Positions 45,516 to 54,606 of a stretch of DNA of 64,000 nucleotides are shown piece by piece (position 1 is the first letter of the stretch; the number at the start of each line of letters is the position of its first letter). Made by a program: the position numbers and the translations under genes. The notes below the pieces were generated by a model. That model did not search any database, was not told the origin of the DNA, and saw nothing but the letters and a program-made list of their open reading frames with translations. The DNA is from Actinomycetota bacterium. Its GTDB lineage: Bacteria > Actinomycetota > Geothermincolia > Geothermincolales > RBG-13-55-18. The stretch is taken from assembly GCA_014360685.1 (NCBI GenBank), contig JACIXB010000016.1, forward strand, positions 253,586 to 317,585, given 5' to 3'.

Positions 45516-47695
45516 TGAGTAGGATAATCGCTGCCGCAGCCATCAAGGGGGCCTACAAGGAGGTGGCCGAGGCCGAGCGCATGCTCGCCGAGACCAAGGA
45601 GGCCGTCGGCGCCACCGCGAAGGTGGAGTTCCCCAATACCGGTTATTACCTTCCCATCATCTACGCCCTCACGGGGATCGCCGTGCAGAAGTTGGAGGAC
45701 ATGGACCAGGTCCTGCGGTACGCCAAGGACCTCCTGCCCCCGGTCCCCAAGCAGAGGCACTGGGTCCCCTACCTGGGGCACACCCTGGACGCCGGGGTCG
45801 CCACCCTCTTCGCCGGGGAGATCATCGAGGGCTGCAAGTACGCCACCAACCCCCCGGTGGACGACCTGTGGCTGGGGGCCGCCGACGACGTGATCATGCG
45901 CGAGCGCGGGGTGGAGTTCGTGGACGGCACGGCTCCCGGGTTCTGCGCCCTGGTGGGCCGGGCCTCCACTCCGGAGATGGCGGATAAGATAGTGGTGGAG
46001 CTCCTGGAGAAGAACCTCTACGTGTGGATCTCCGGCCACGTGGACGGGGTCTCCATCGCCGAGCAGCTGCAGCAGGTGGACCGCCAGCTGGGGTGGGACA
46101 CCCGCATCGTCCCCTACGGGAAGGAGATGTCCTCGGCGGTGTACTCCCTGGGCTTCGCCGCCCGCGCGGCCATGTCCTTCGGGGGCGCCCAGCCGGGAGA
46201 CTTCCGCAAGGTACTGCGCTACAACAAGAACCGCATCTTCGCCTTCGTCCTGGCCCTGGACTACGTGGACGAGCAGAAGTACGCCTACGCGGCGGGGGCC
46301 ATAAACTACGGGTTCCCCACCATCGCCAACACCCCCATCCCGGACATCCTCCCCACCGGCGTGTGCACCTACGAGCACGTGGTGGGCGGCGTGCCCGAGG
46401 AGGAGATCGTCCAGAAGTGCGTGGAGGTGCGGGGCCTCAAGATCCAGATCACCGAGATCCCCATCCCCATGGCCTACGGCCCGGCTTTCGAGGGCGAGGT
46501 CATCCGCAAGGACGATATGTACGTGCAGTTCGGGGGGAACATCACCCCGGCCTTCGAGTACGTGCGCATGCGGGAGATGGACGAGGTCACCGACGGGAAG
46601 ATCGAGGTGGTCGGCCCGGAGATCGATGATGTGGAGGAGGGCGGGGCCCTGCCCCTGGGCATCGTGGTTGAGGTGGCCGGGCGCAAGATGCAGGAGGACT
46701 TCGAGTCCATCCTGGAGCGCCAGATCCACCACCTCATCAACGGCGCCGAGGGCATCTGGCACATGGGCCAGCGCGACATCGTGTGGACGCGCATCAGCAA
46801 GAAGGCCCAGGCCAAGGGGTTCAAGATCCGCCACTACGGGGAGATCATCCACGCCAAGCTGCTCAACGACTTCCCCTCCATCGTGGACAAGGTGCAGGTG
46901 ACCATCTACACCAACCAGGAGGACGTGGAGAAGTGGCTGGCCATCGCCCGCCAGGCCTACCGCTACCGCGACGAGAAGACGGCGGGCATGACCGACGAGT
47001 CGGTGGACACCTTCTACTCCTGCACCCTGTGCCAGTCCTTCGCCCCCACCCACGTGTGCATCATCTCCCCGGAGAGGCTGGGTCTGTGCGGGGCCTACAA
47101 CTGGCTGGACGGCAAGGCGGCCTACGAGATCGACCCCACCGGCCCCAACCAGCCGGTGAAGAAGGGCGACTGCGAGGACCCGGTCAAGGGCGTGTGGCCG
47201 GCCATCAACGAGTTCGTCAAGGAGAAGTCGGGGGGCAACACCCAGCGGGTCACCATGTACTCCATGATGGAGGACCCCATGACCTCCTGCGGGTGTTTCG
47301 AGTGCATCGTGGCCTTCCTGCCCATGTGCAACGGGGTGATGATCGTCAACCGCGAGCACAAGGGGATGACCCCCTGCGGCATGACCTTCTCCACCCTGGC
47401 CAATTCGGTGGGCGGCGGCCAGCAGACGCCGGGCTTCATCGGCATAGGGAAGGTGTACATCACCTCCAAGAAGTTCATCTCCGCCGACGGAGGATTCCAG
47501 CGCATCGTATGGATGCCCAAGGAACTCAAGGAGACCCTCAAGGAACAACTCCAGAAGCGCTGCGAGGAGATCGGCGACCCCGACTTCATCAACAAGATCG
47601 CCGACGAGGACGTGGGCACCAGCGAGGAGGAGATCCTCCCCTGGCTGGAGCAGGTGGGACATCCCGCCCTGACCATGGAGCCCATGCTCATGTAG
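45515..47695 (+). CDS. acsB: Acetyl-CoA synthase (CODH/ACS beta subunit)
   Basis: A-cluster motif SCGCFECIVAF and full-length ACS homology (about 726 aa). Confidence 0.9.
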   Translation: MSRIIAAAAIKGAYKEVAEAERMLAETKEAVGATAKVEFPNTGYYLPIIYALTGIAVQKLEDMDQVLRYAKDLLPPVPKQRHWVPYLGHTLDAGVATLFAGEIIEGCKYATNPPVDDLWLGAADDVIMRERGVEFVDGTAPGFCALVGRASTPEMADKIVVELLEKNLYVWISGHVDGVSIAEQLQQVDRQLGWDTRIVPYGKEMSSAVYSLGFAARAAMSFGGAQPGDFRKVLRYNKNRIFAFVLALDYVDEQKYAYAAGAINYGFPTIANTPIPDILPTGVCTYEHVVGGVPEEEIVQKCVEVRGLKIQITEIPIPMAYGPAFEGEVIRKDDMYVQFGGNITPAFEYVRMREMDEVTDGKIEVVGPEIDDVEEGGALPLGIVVEVAGRKMQEDFESILERQIHHLINGAEGIWHMGQRDIVWTRISKKAQAKGFKIRHYGEIIHAKLLNDFPSIVDKVQVTIYTNQEDVEKWLAIARQAYRYRDEKTAGMTDESVDTFYSCTLCQSFAPTHVCIISPERLGLCGAYNWLDGKAAYEIDPTGPNQPVKKGDCEDPVKGVWPAINEFVKEKSGGNTQRVTMYSMMEDPMTSCGCFECIVAFLPMCNGVMIVNREHKGMTPCGMTFSTLANSVGGGQQTPGFIGIGKVYITSKKFISADGGFQRIVWMPKELKETLKEQLQKRCEEIGDPDFINKIADEDVGTSEEEILPWLEQVGHPALTMEPMLM

Positions 47696-47784
47696 GCATG
47701 AAGAGGGAAGGCGTGCGCGCCTTCCCTCTTTACCGGATATACAACAGGTGGGAGGACCGCTGATTTAGTAGGAAGGAGTTAGAG

Positions 47785-49134
47785 ATGGGACTTTCGGGCT
47801 TGGATATCTTCAAGAAGCTACCCAAGACCAACTGCAAGGAATGCGGGTTCCCGACCTGCCTGGCCTTCGCCATGAAGCTGGCGGCGGGCCAGGCGAACCT
47901 CGACGATTGTCCCTACGTCACGGATGAGGTACGGGCCGAGCTGGCCGAGGCCGCCGCTCCCCCCATCCGAGGGGTCACCGTCGGGGTCGGGGACGAGGCC
48001 TTCAAGGTAGGGGAGGAACTGGTCCTCTTCCGCCACGAGAAGACCTTCTTCAATCCCACGGTCCTGGGCGTGCTGGTGAGCGATGACATGGACGATGCCA
48101 AGGTGGACGAGCTCATCAAGCAAGCCAACGAGTGCGTCCACGAGCGCGTGGGCGTCATCCTAAAAGTGGGGACGGTGGCCGTGAAGTGCGCCTCCGGGGA
48201 CGCCGGCAAGTTCAAGGCCCTGGTGGAGAAGGTGAAGGGCGCCACCCCCAAGCCCCTCATCCTCATGACCGAGGACGTGGAGGTCATGAAGGCCGCCCTG
48301 GAGGTGGCCGGCGACTCCCGGCCCCTGCTCTACGCCGCCACCGAGGCCAACCTGGAGGCCATGGGGGCCCTGGCCAAGGAGAAGGACCTGCCCCTGGCGG
48401 TGAAGGCCGACGACCTGGAGAAGCTGGCCGAGCTCTCCGAGAAGCTCGCCGGCATGGGGCTCAAGGACCTGGTGCTGGACCCCTCCCCGCGCACGCCCAA
48501 GGAGACCTTCAAGGACCTGGTGGCCATCCGCCGGGCGGCACTCAACCAGAAGTTCGCCCCCTTCGGCTTACCCACCATCACCTTCCCCTGCGAGGAGACC
48601 GACGACGAGCTCTACGAGACCGCCCTGGCGGCCATGTACATCTGCAAGTACGGCGGCATCGTCATCCTCTCCCACACCGAGCAGTGGAGGATGTACCCGC
48701 TCCTGGTGCTGGTACTCAACATCTACACCGATCCCCAGCGCCCCATGGCCGTGGACTCCAAGTTCTACGAGATCGGCAGCCCCGACGAGAACAGCCCGGT
48801 GCTGGTGACCACCAACTTCTCCCTCACCTACTTCATCGTCTCCGGCGAGATCGAGGGGAGCAAGATACCGGCCTGGCTGGGCGTGGTGGACGTGGACGGC
48901 CAGTCGGTGCTCACCGCCTGGGCGGCGGGCAAGTTCGTGCCCGAGACCATCGCCAAGTTCATCAACACCTCGGGGATAGCCGACAAGGTCAAGCACCGCA
49001 AGCTGATCATCCCCGGCTACGTGGCCCAGATCTCCGGCGAGCTGGAGGAGGAGCTTCCCGACTGGGAGATCGTCATCGGCACCCGGGAGGCGGCGGACCT
49101 GCCCGCCTTCCTGCGCCAGTTCTCCACCACCTGA
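47785..49134 (+). CDS. acsC: Corrinoid iron-sulfur protein large subunit
   Basis: N-terminal 4Fe-4S motif CKECGFPTCLAFAMKL, TIM-barrel and C-terminal cobalamin-binding Rossmann domain. Confidence 0.85.
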   Translation: MGLSGLDIFKKLPKTNCKECGFPTCLAFAMKLAAGQANLDDCPYVTDEVRAELAEAAAPPIRGVTVGVGDEAFKVGEELVLFRHEKTFFNPTVLGVLVSDDMDDAKVDELIKQANECVHERVGVILKVGTVAVKCASGDAGKFKALVEKVKGATPKPLILMTEDVEVMKAALEVAGDSRPLLYAATEANLEAMGALAKEKDLPLAVKADDLEKLAELSEKLAGMGLKDLVLDPSPRTPKETFKDLVAIRRAALNQKFAPFGLPTITFPCEETDDELYETALAAMYICKYGGIVILSHTEQWRMYPLLVLVLNIYTDPQRPMAVDSKFYEIGSPDENSPVLVTTNFSLTYFIVSGEIEGSKIPAWLGVVDVDGQSVLTAWAAGKFVPETIAKFINTSGIADKVKHRKLIIPGYVAQISGELEEELPDWEIVIGTREAADLPAFLRQFSTT

Positions 49135-49210
49135 GGAGGGGAGGAGAGGCTCGCGGTTTGAGGATAACGCGTCGTGGTAAGAGTCGAAGAACGGAGGAGG
49201 AGCGCAAGAG

Positions 49211-49876
49211 ATGATCATCACCACGTCGAAGCCCTTCGAGGAGGTGCTCAAGGCCCTCGAGGGCGAGGACAAGGTCTTCATCGTCGGCTGCGGTCTCTGC
49301 GCCACTACCTGCGAGACGGGCGGAGAGGAGCAGGTGGCCGAGATGAAGGCCAAGCTGGAGGCCGAGGGCAAGACGGTGACCGGCACCGTGGTCTACGAAG
49401 AGGTATGCCACGAGCTGAACACCAAGCGCAAGTTCCGGGAGAACAAGGAGGCCGTGGAGGCGGCCGACGGTTTCCTGGTCATGTGCTGCGGGGCCGGAAC
49501 CCAGTCGGTGCGCGAGGCCACGGAGAAGCCGGTGCACCCCGCCTGCAACACCGTCTTCCTGGGCAACATCCAGCGCCACGGCCACTTCGTGGAGAAGTGC
49601 TCCCTGTGCGGGGAGTGCGTGCTGGAGGACTTCGGGGCCATCTGCCCCGTGACCCGCTGCCATAAGGGCATCCTCAACGGGCCCTGCGGGGGCACCGACG
49701 AGGGCAAGTGCGAGACCAGCAAGGAGAAGGACTGCGGGTGGACCCTCATCTACAACCAGCTGGAGAAGATGGGCAAGCTGGACCGCTTCCGCAGGATCTA
49801 CGGTCCCAAGAACTGGCAGGCTAACATGAAGCCCGGACGGGTGATCTTCGAGAAGAAGGGCGAGGGGGGTGAGTGA
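49211..49876 (+). CDS. metV: Methylene-THF reductase-associated zinc/FeS small subunit (MetV, MTHFR_C domain)
   Basis: Cys-rich FIVGCGLCATTCE...MCCGAG...CSLCGECV...CHKGILNGPCGG pattern; immediately upstream of and overlapping metF. Confidence 0.7.
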   Translation: MIITTSKPFEEVLKALEGEDKVFIVGCGLCATTCETGGEEQVAEMKAKLEAEGKTVTGTVVYEEVCHELNTKRKFRENKEAVEAADGFLVMCCGAGTQSVREATEKPVHPACNTVFLGNIQRHGHFVEKCSLCGECVLEDFGAICPVTRCHKGILNGPCGGTDEGKCETSKEKDCGWTLIYNQLEKMGKLDRFRRIYGPKNWQANMKPGRVIFEKKGEGGE

Positions 49877-49877
49877 A

Positions 49878-50807
49878 ATGACGGTGCTTATCAAGGAACA
49901 CGCCAAGCCCTCCATCCAGGAGATCCTCGAGTCCGGGAAGTTCCTGGTCACCGGGGAGATCGGGCCTCCCAAGGGTACGGACATCGACGAGATGATCGAA
50001 CACATCGAACTGCTCAAGGACAAGGTTCACGCCATGAACATCACCGACAACCAGTCCTCGGTGATGCGCTATCCGTCCCTGGGGACGGCCATCCTCATCA
50101 AGGAGCTGGGCGGGGAGCCCAACCTGCAGGTCACCTGCCGGGACCGCAACCGCCTGGCCATCGAGGCCGACCTGCTCTTCGCCTACACCCGGGGTATACG
50201 CAGCGTACTCTGCCTCACTGGCGACTCCATCCCCGCGGGCGACCACAAGGAGGCCAAGGCGGTCTTCGACCTGGAGTCGGTGCAGCTCCTGCAGCTCATC
50301 TGCAACATGGAGGAGGGGCGCGACTCCGGCGGCAACGAGCTCAAGGGCGGCGTGAAATTCTTCAAGGGAGCCATTGTCACCCCGGAGGCGGTGCCCATCG
50401 AGCCCCAGATGCTCAAGTTCGAGAAGAAGATCGAGGCTGGAGCGCAGTGGTTCCAGACCCAGGCCGTCTACGACATGGACAACTTCAAGCGCTTCATGGA
50501 AAAGGCGCGCAAGATCAGCGACAAGGTCTATATCTGCTGCGGCCTGGTTCTCCTCACCAGCCCCGGCCAGATCAAGTACATGAACGCCAACGTCCCCGGC
50601 GTGTTCGTACCCGAGAACCTGGCCCGGGAGATGGAGGATGCCCCCAAGGAGGAGAGGCTCAACTACGGCATCCGCATCATGGCCCGCCAGATACGCCAGC
50701 TCATCGACGAGAAGCTGTGCGACGGCGTGCACATCATGGCCATCGGGAAGGAGTCGGTGGTACCCCAGATTCTCGAGGAAGCCGGGGTGGACATCACCAA
50801 GATGTGA
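49878..50807 (+). CDS. metF: 5,10-methylenetetrahydrofolate reductase
   Basis: MTHFR TIM-barrel family: FLVTGEIGPP...NITDNQSS...VLCLTGD; ATG at 49878 (track ORF from 49869). Confidence 0.85.
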   Translation: MTVLIKEHAKPSIQEILESGKFLVTGEIGPPKGTDIDEMIEHIELLKDKVHAMNITDNQSSVMRYPSLGTAILIKELGGEPNLQVTCRDRNRLAIEADLLFAYTRGIRSVLCLTGDSIPAGDHKEAKAVFDLESVQLLQLICNMEEGRDSGGNELKGGVKFFKGAIVTPEAVPIEPQMLKFEKKIEAGAQWFQTQAVYDMDNFKRFMEKARKISDKVYICCGLVLLTSPGQIKYMNANVPGVFVPENLAREMEDAPKEERLNYGIRIMARQIRQLIDEKLCDGVHIMAIGKESVVPQILEEAGVDITKM

Positions 50808-51020
50808 GCGGTGCGGAGGGGAGGCGTTCGTGGCCTCCCCTCCGATACACGATCCTATGGCGCCCTTCCTTTGCCCCAAGGGTGGTTCGCGTGGAGCGCG
50901 GGCCGAGTTTTGGAGGGGGTGGAGGGGCTGAGATTCATGCAACGGGCGCAAGTACGGAGATCTCGACCGGGGATGGGTTCCCTGCGACCGGTCCGGGAGG
51001 TCCACGAGGAGGACTGAAGG

Positions 51021-52085
51021 TTGTCCTTCCAGCCGTACTATATGGCCACGGCCATAGGCAGCCTCCCCCATCTGGATGCGGAGGAGGCTTGCGAGCTCAC
51101 CCTTCGGTATCTCGCGGAAGCTCCGGCCTGGCCACAGCTTCCTCGCCGCGATTTCCGGGAGAACATGTATGCCCAGTACAGCGAGGGGCTCCCCGGGGTG
51201 GTGGTGGACGTGGAAAGGCGCAAGGTCTTCTGCGAAACCGACCGCGACCTCCTGGAGGAGATGGAGGCGGTGCTCACCGCCTACCTGGAAGGGGACCTGG
51301 AATGGGCGGCCATCAGCGAGGAATACGCCTCCGGCCTGCATGCCCTCGCCCGGCGAGTCGCCGCCCAGGGGAAGAGGTATCCTCTGCTCAAGGGGCAGGT
51401 GACCGGGCCGGTTAGCTTCGGGCTGACGGTTTTGGACCGGAGGAACCGGCCCATCCTCTACGACGACCAGATGGCCGAGGTGATGGTCAGGCTGCTCAAC
51501 CTCAAGGCGCGCTGGATGGAAGGATTCCTGCGAAGCACCGGGGCCGCGGAGGAAGTGCTCATCTTTCTCGACGAGCCCTACCTGGTATCGGTGGGATCCG
51601 CCCTGGTCAGTGTGGGCCGCGACCAGGTGGTGGACTCCATCCGGGGATGCACCGAGGGTTTGGGCTGCTTGACCGGGGCCCACTGCTGTGGGAACACGGA
51701 CTGGACGCTCCTTTTCCAGGCCGGCTTGGACGTGGTCAACTTCGACGCCTATGGGTACATGGAGAGCCTGGCCCTCTACCCGGAGGAGCTTTCCCGTTTC
51801 CTCGAGGAAGGTGGCATCCTGGCCTGGGGGCTGATTCCCAATACCCCGGCGGTTGAGGAGGAGGACGTACCGGGCCTGGCACGGCGTTTCGAGGAGGGAG
51901 TGAGGCTCCTCGTCTCCCACGGCGTGAACGAGGACCTGCTGCGGGAGAAGGCCATGATCACCCCCTCCTGCGGCCTGGAGGGGCTGAGCGAAGAACAGGC
52001 GGAAAGAGCTTACCGGTTGGCGGCGGAGGTCTCCTCCGCTTTGCACGGGGGAAAGGTCGGCGGACCGTCCGGGGAGGGCGCATGA
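51021..52085 (+). CDS. Core-MetE-like methyltransferase (cobalamin-independent methionine synthase C-terminal-domain family, Meth_synt_2), TTG start
   Basis: N-terminal MATAIGSLPH (compare MetE TTTIGSFPQ), zinc-ligand context GAHCCGNTDW and ITPSCGLEG, LIFLDEPYL; about 354 aa, i.e. a single catalytic barrel without the MetE N-terminal folate-binding domain. Confidence 0.55.
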   Translation: MSFQPYYMATAIGSLPHLDAEEACELTLRYLAEAPAWPQLPRRDFRENMYAQYSEGLPGVVVDVERRKVFCETDRDLLEEMEAVLTAYLEGDLEWAAISEEYASGLHALARRVAAQGKRYPLLKGQVTGPVSFGLTVLDRRNRPILYDDQMAEVMVRLLNLKARWMEGFLRSTGAAEEVLIFLDEPYLVSVGSALVSVGRDQVVDSIRGCTEGLGCLTGAHCCGNTDWTLLFQAGLDVVNFDAYGYMESLALYPEELSRFLEEGGILAWGLIPNTPAVEEEDVPGLARRFEEGVRLLVSHGVNEDLLREKAMITPSCGLEGLSEEQAERAYRLAAEVSSALHGGKVGGPSGEGA

Positions 52086-53026
52086 AGCGCGAAGCGGATA
52101 CCGTGGGGGGCCATTACCGCACCCGCATGCCCCGGTGGTTTCACCGTCCCGTGCTGGCGGGAAGGGAGTTGCGGGAGGTGGAGGGTCTCCTACGGGACCT
52201 GCGCCTGAACACCGTGTGCCGCAGCGCCAAGTGCCCCAACCGCATGGAATGTTATTCCAGGCGGACGGCCACCTTCATGATCCTGGGGGAGACCTGCACC
52301 CGGAACTGCGCCTTCTGCGGGGTCCCCAAGGGCGTTCCCGCTCCCCTCGACCCCGAGGAGCCGGCCAGGGTGGCCAGGGCCGCGGCCGCCCTGGGACTGA
52401 GCCACGTGGTGGTCACCAGCGTGACCCGGGATGACCTCCCCGACGGAGGGGCGGCCCACTTCGCGGCCACGGTGCGTGAGGTGAGGAGGCGCCTCCCGGG
52501 GGCCACGGTGGAGGTGCTCACCCCCGACTTCCGAGGGAATCCCGGGGCCCTGATGGCGGTGCTCTCCGAGCGGCCCGAGGTCTTCAACCACAACCTGGAG
52601 ACGGTGGAGGAGCTCTACGGGAGGGTGAGGCCGGGTGCCGATTACCGCCGCTCCCTGCGTCTCCTGGAGGCCGCCCGAAAATGGTGCCCGGAGGTGCGCA
52701 CCAAGAGCGGGGTGATGGTGGGACTCGGGGAGACCAGGGAACAGATGCGGCGCCTCTTCCGGGACCTGGCCGCCGTGGGATGTGATATGCTCACCATCGG
52801 CCAGTACCTGCGCCCCGGGAGGGAGCAGCTGGAGGTGGAGAGGTTCCTCTCCCCGGAGGAGTTCGCGGAACTGCGGGCCGAGGCGGAGGAGGCGGGAATC
52901 CCCGTGGTGGCCTCCGCCCCCCTGGTGCGCAGCTCCTACCGGGCGAGGGAATTGATGGAAGATACAGGAAAGGAAGGGCGGAGAGTCGTCGACCGCAAGA
53001 GCGACCAAGGAGGAAGGAAATGCTGA
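52082..53026 (+). CDS. lipA: Lipoyl synthase
   Basis: Auxiliary cluster CRSAKCPNRMEC and radical SAM CTRNCAFC; ATG overlaps the preceding stop (ATGA). Confidence 0.85.
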   Translation: MKREADTVGGHYRTRMPRWFHRPVLAGRELREVEGLLRDLRLNTVCRSAKCPNRMECYSRRTATFMILGETCTRNCAFCGVPKGVPAPLDPEEPARVARAAAALGLSHVVVTSVTRDDLPDGGAAHFAATVREVRRRLPGATVEVLTPDFRGNPGALMAVLSERPEVFNHNLETVEELYGRVRPGADYRRSLRLLEAARKWCPEVRTKSGVMVGLGETREQMRRLFRDLAAVGCDMLTIGQYLRPGREQLEVERFLSPEEFAELRAEAEEAGIPVVASAPLVRSSYRARELMEDTGKEGRRVVDRKSDQGGRKC

Positions 53027-53907
53027 TCATCGGCGAAAAGGTCAACGTGATGATGAAGAAGATCGGCCAGGCCATGAAGGAGTACGACAAGAAGCCCATC
53101 CAGGAGATGGCACTCCTGCAGGTGGAGGGCGGGGCCAACTGGCTGGACATCAACCTCGGCCCGGCCACCAAGGAGGGACCGGAGCGCATGCGCTTCGTGG
53201 TGGAGGCGGTCCAGGAGGTCACCGACGTCCCCCTGGCCCTGGACACCATGAACATCGAGGCCATGAAGGCCGGCCTGGAGACGGTCAGGGACCGCGAGGT
53301 GATGATCAACTCCATCTCCTCCCAGCCGGAGCGCATAGAGAAGCTCATGCCCATGGCCGTGGAGCACGACGCCTGGGTGGTGGGTCTGGTCCTCAATGCC
53401 CAGGGCAACGTGCCCCGGGACGCCAACGAGAGGGTGGAGGTGGCCTATAACATCATCATGGCCGCCCAGGAGTACGGCATTCCCCTGGAGAAGCTGCTCA
53501 TCGACCCCATCGTGCTCCCCATCGCCGTTACTCAGGACCAGGTACATGCCCTCATCGATTCCATGGACATGCTGCAGGGAGTCTTCGCCGAGTTTGACCC
53601 CCAGCCGGGGACGGTGGTCGGCCTCTCCAACGTCTCCAACGGGGTACCCGATCCGGAGCTGTGCAGCCTCCTCAACCGCACCCTGCTGGCGGTGCTCATG
53701 GTCAAGGGACTCACGGCGGCCATCGTGGATCCCAACGACGAGAAGTTGATGGGCGTGGTGAACAAGAACGAGGAGTACCAGATCGTGGAAAAGATAGTGA
53801 AGGGCGAGCCGGTGGACGAGAGTGACCCCACGGTCATCAAGCTCCTCAAGACCTGGCGGGTGCTCACCGAGGAGACCCTTTACGCCCATTCTTACCTGGA
53901 ACTCTGA
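53020..53907 (+). CDS. acsE: Methyltetrahydrofolate:corrinoid/iron-sulfur protein methyltransferase (pterin-binding DHPS-like barrel)
   Basis: MLIIGEKVNVMMKKIGQAM, ANWLDINLGP, LALDTMN; overlaps the lipA 3' end by 7 nt. Confidence 0.85.
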   Translation: MLIIGEKVNVMMKKIGQAMKEYDKKPIQEMALLQVEGGANWLDINLGPATKEGPERMRFVVEAVQEVTDVPLALDTMNIEAMKAGLETVRDREVMINSISSQPERIEKLMPMAVEHDAWVVGLVLNAQGNVPRDANERVEVAYNIIMAAQEYGIPLEKLLIDPIVLPIAVTQDQVHALIDSMDMLQGVFAEFDPQPGTVVGLSNVSNGVPDPELCSLLNRTLLAVLMVKGLTAAIVDPNDEKLMGVVNKNEEYQIVEKIVKGEPVDESDPTVIKLLKTWRVLTEETLYAHSYLEL

Positions 53908-53908
53908 T

Positions 53909-53947
53909 CCCCGCCGCGGGAATCCCCGTGGGTGCCCGCGGGCGGGG
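53909..53947 (+). terminator. GC-rich hairpin 1 after acsE (CCCCGCCGCGGG ... CCCGCGGGCGGGG)
   Basis: 12-bp inverted repeat with one bulge, starting 2 nt after the acsE stop; no T-tract. Confidence 0.35.
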
Positions 53948-53957
53948 AGGGAAGGAC

Positions 53958-54000
53958 GCGGGATCCCGGGGAGGGAGGAGTGCAAGCCCCGGGATCCCGC
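53958..54000 (+). terminator. GC-rich hairpin 2 (perfect 14-bp stem GCGGGATCCCGGGG / CCCCGGGATCCCGC, 15-nt loop)
   Basis: Read directly; tandem with hairpin 1 and about 80 nt upstream of the nuoE-like start. Confidence 0.4.
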
Positions 54001-54081
54001 AACCGAGGGCGCGGGATGGCGGCTTGAAGGGCATGGACCGGGACCATATCTAGAGGCGGGTTTCCATCCCAAGGAGGAAGG

Positions 54082-54606
54082 ATGATGGAAGGCGATACCT
54101 GTAAGTGCTCTCAGCGCTTCGCCGACGTGGACGACCTTGGGCCCCTGCAGGAGATCCTGGAACGTTACCGGGATGAGAAGGGGGCCCTGATACCCCTCCT
54201 GCAGGATGCCCAGGAAGCTTACGGTTACCTGGACGAGAAGATAATGCGCGCCCTGGCCAAGGGGGCGGGCTACCAGCTGAGCCAGCTCTACGGGGTGGCC
54301 ACCTTTTATACCCAGTTCCGACTGCAGCCCATCGGAGAGCACCTCATACGGGTGTGCCACGGCACGGCTTGTCACGTGGCGGGGGCGGAGCTCATCTCCG
54401 AGGAGATCTACAACATACTGGGCATCCGGGACGGGGAGACCACCCCGGACCGCAAGTTCACCGTGGAATCGGTGATGTGCGTGGGGGCCTGCTCCCTTTC
54501 CCCCATCATGATCGTGGACGAGGACACCCACGGGAAGCTCAAGCCGGCCAACGTGCGCAGGGTCCTCAAGAAGTACATGGGCGAGAGCGAGGAGAGGGAA
54601 GAATGA
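54082..54606 (+). CDS. NADH-quinone-oxidoreductase subunit E-like [2Fe-2S] protein (HndA/FdsG-type)
   Basis: Thioredoxin-like 2Fe-2S motifs CHGTACH and CVGACSLSP. Confidence 0.8.
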   Translation: MMEGDTCKCSQRFADVDDLGPLQEILERYRDEKGALIPLLQDAQEAYGYLDEKIMRALAKGAGYQLSQLYGVATFYTQFRLQPIGEHLIRVCHGTACHVAGAELISEEIYNILGIRDGETTPDRKFTVESVMCVGACSLSPIMIVDEDTHGKLKPANVRRVLKKYMGESEEREE

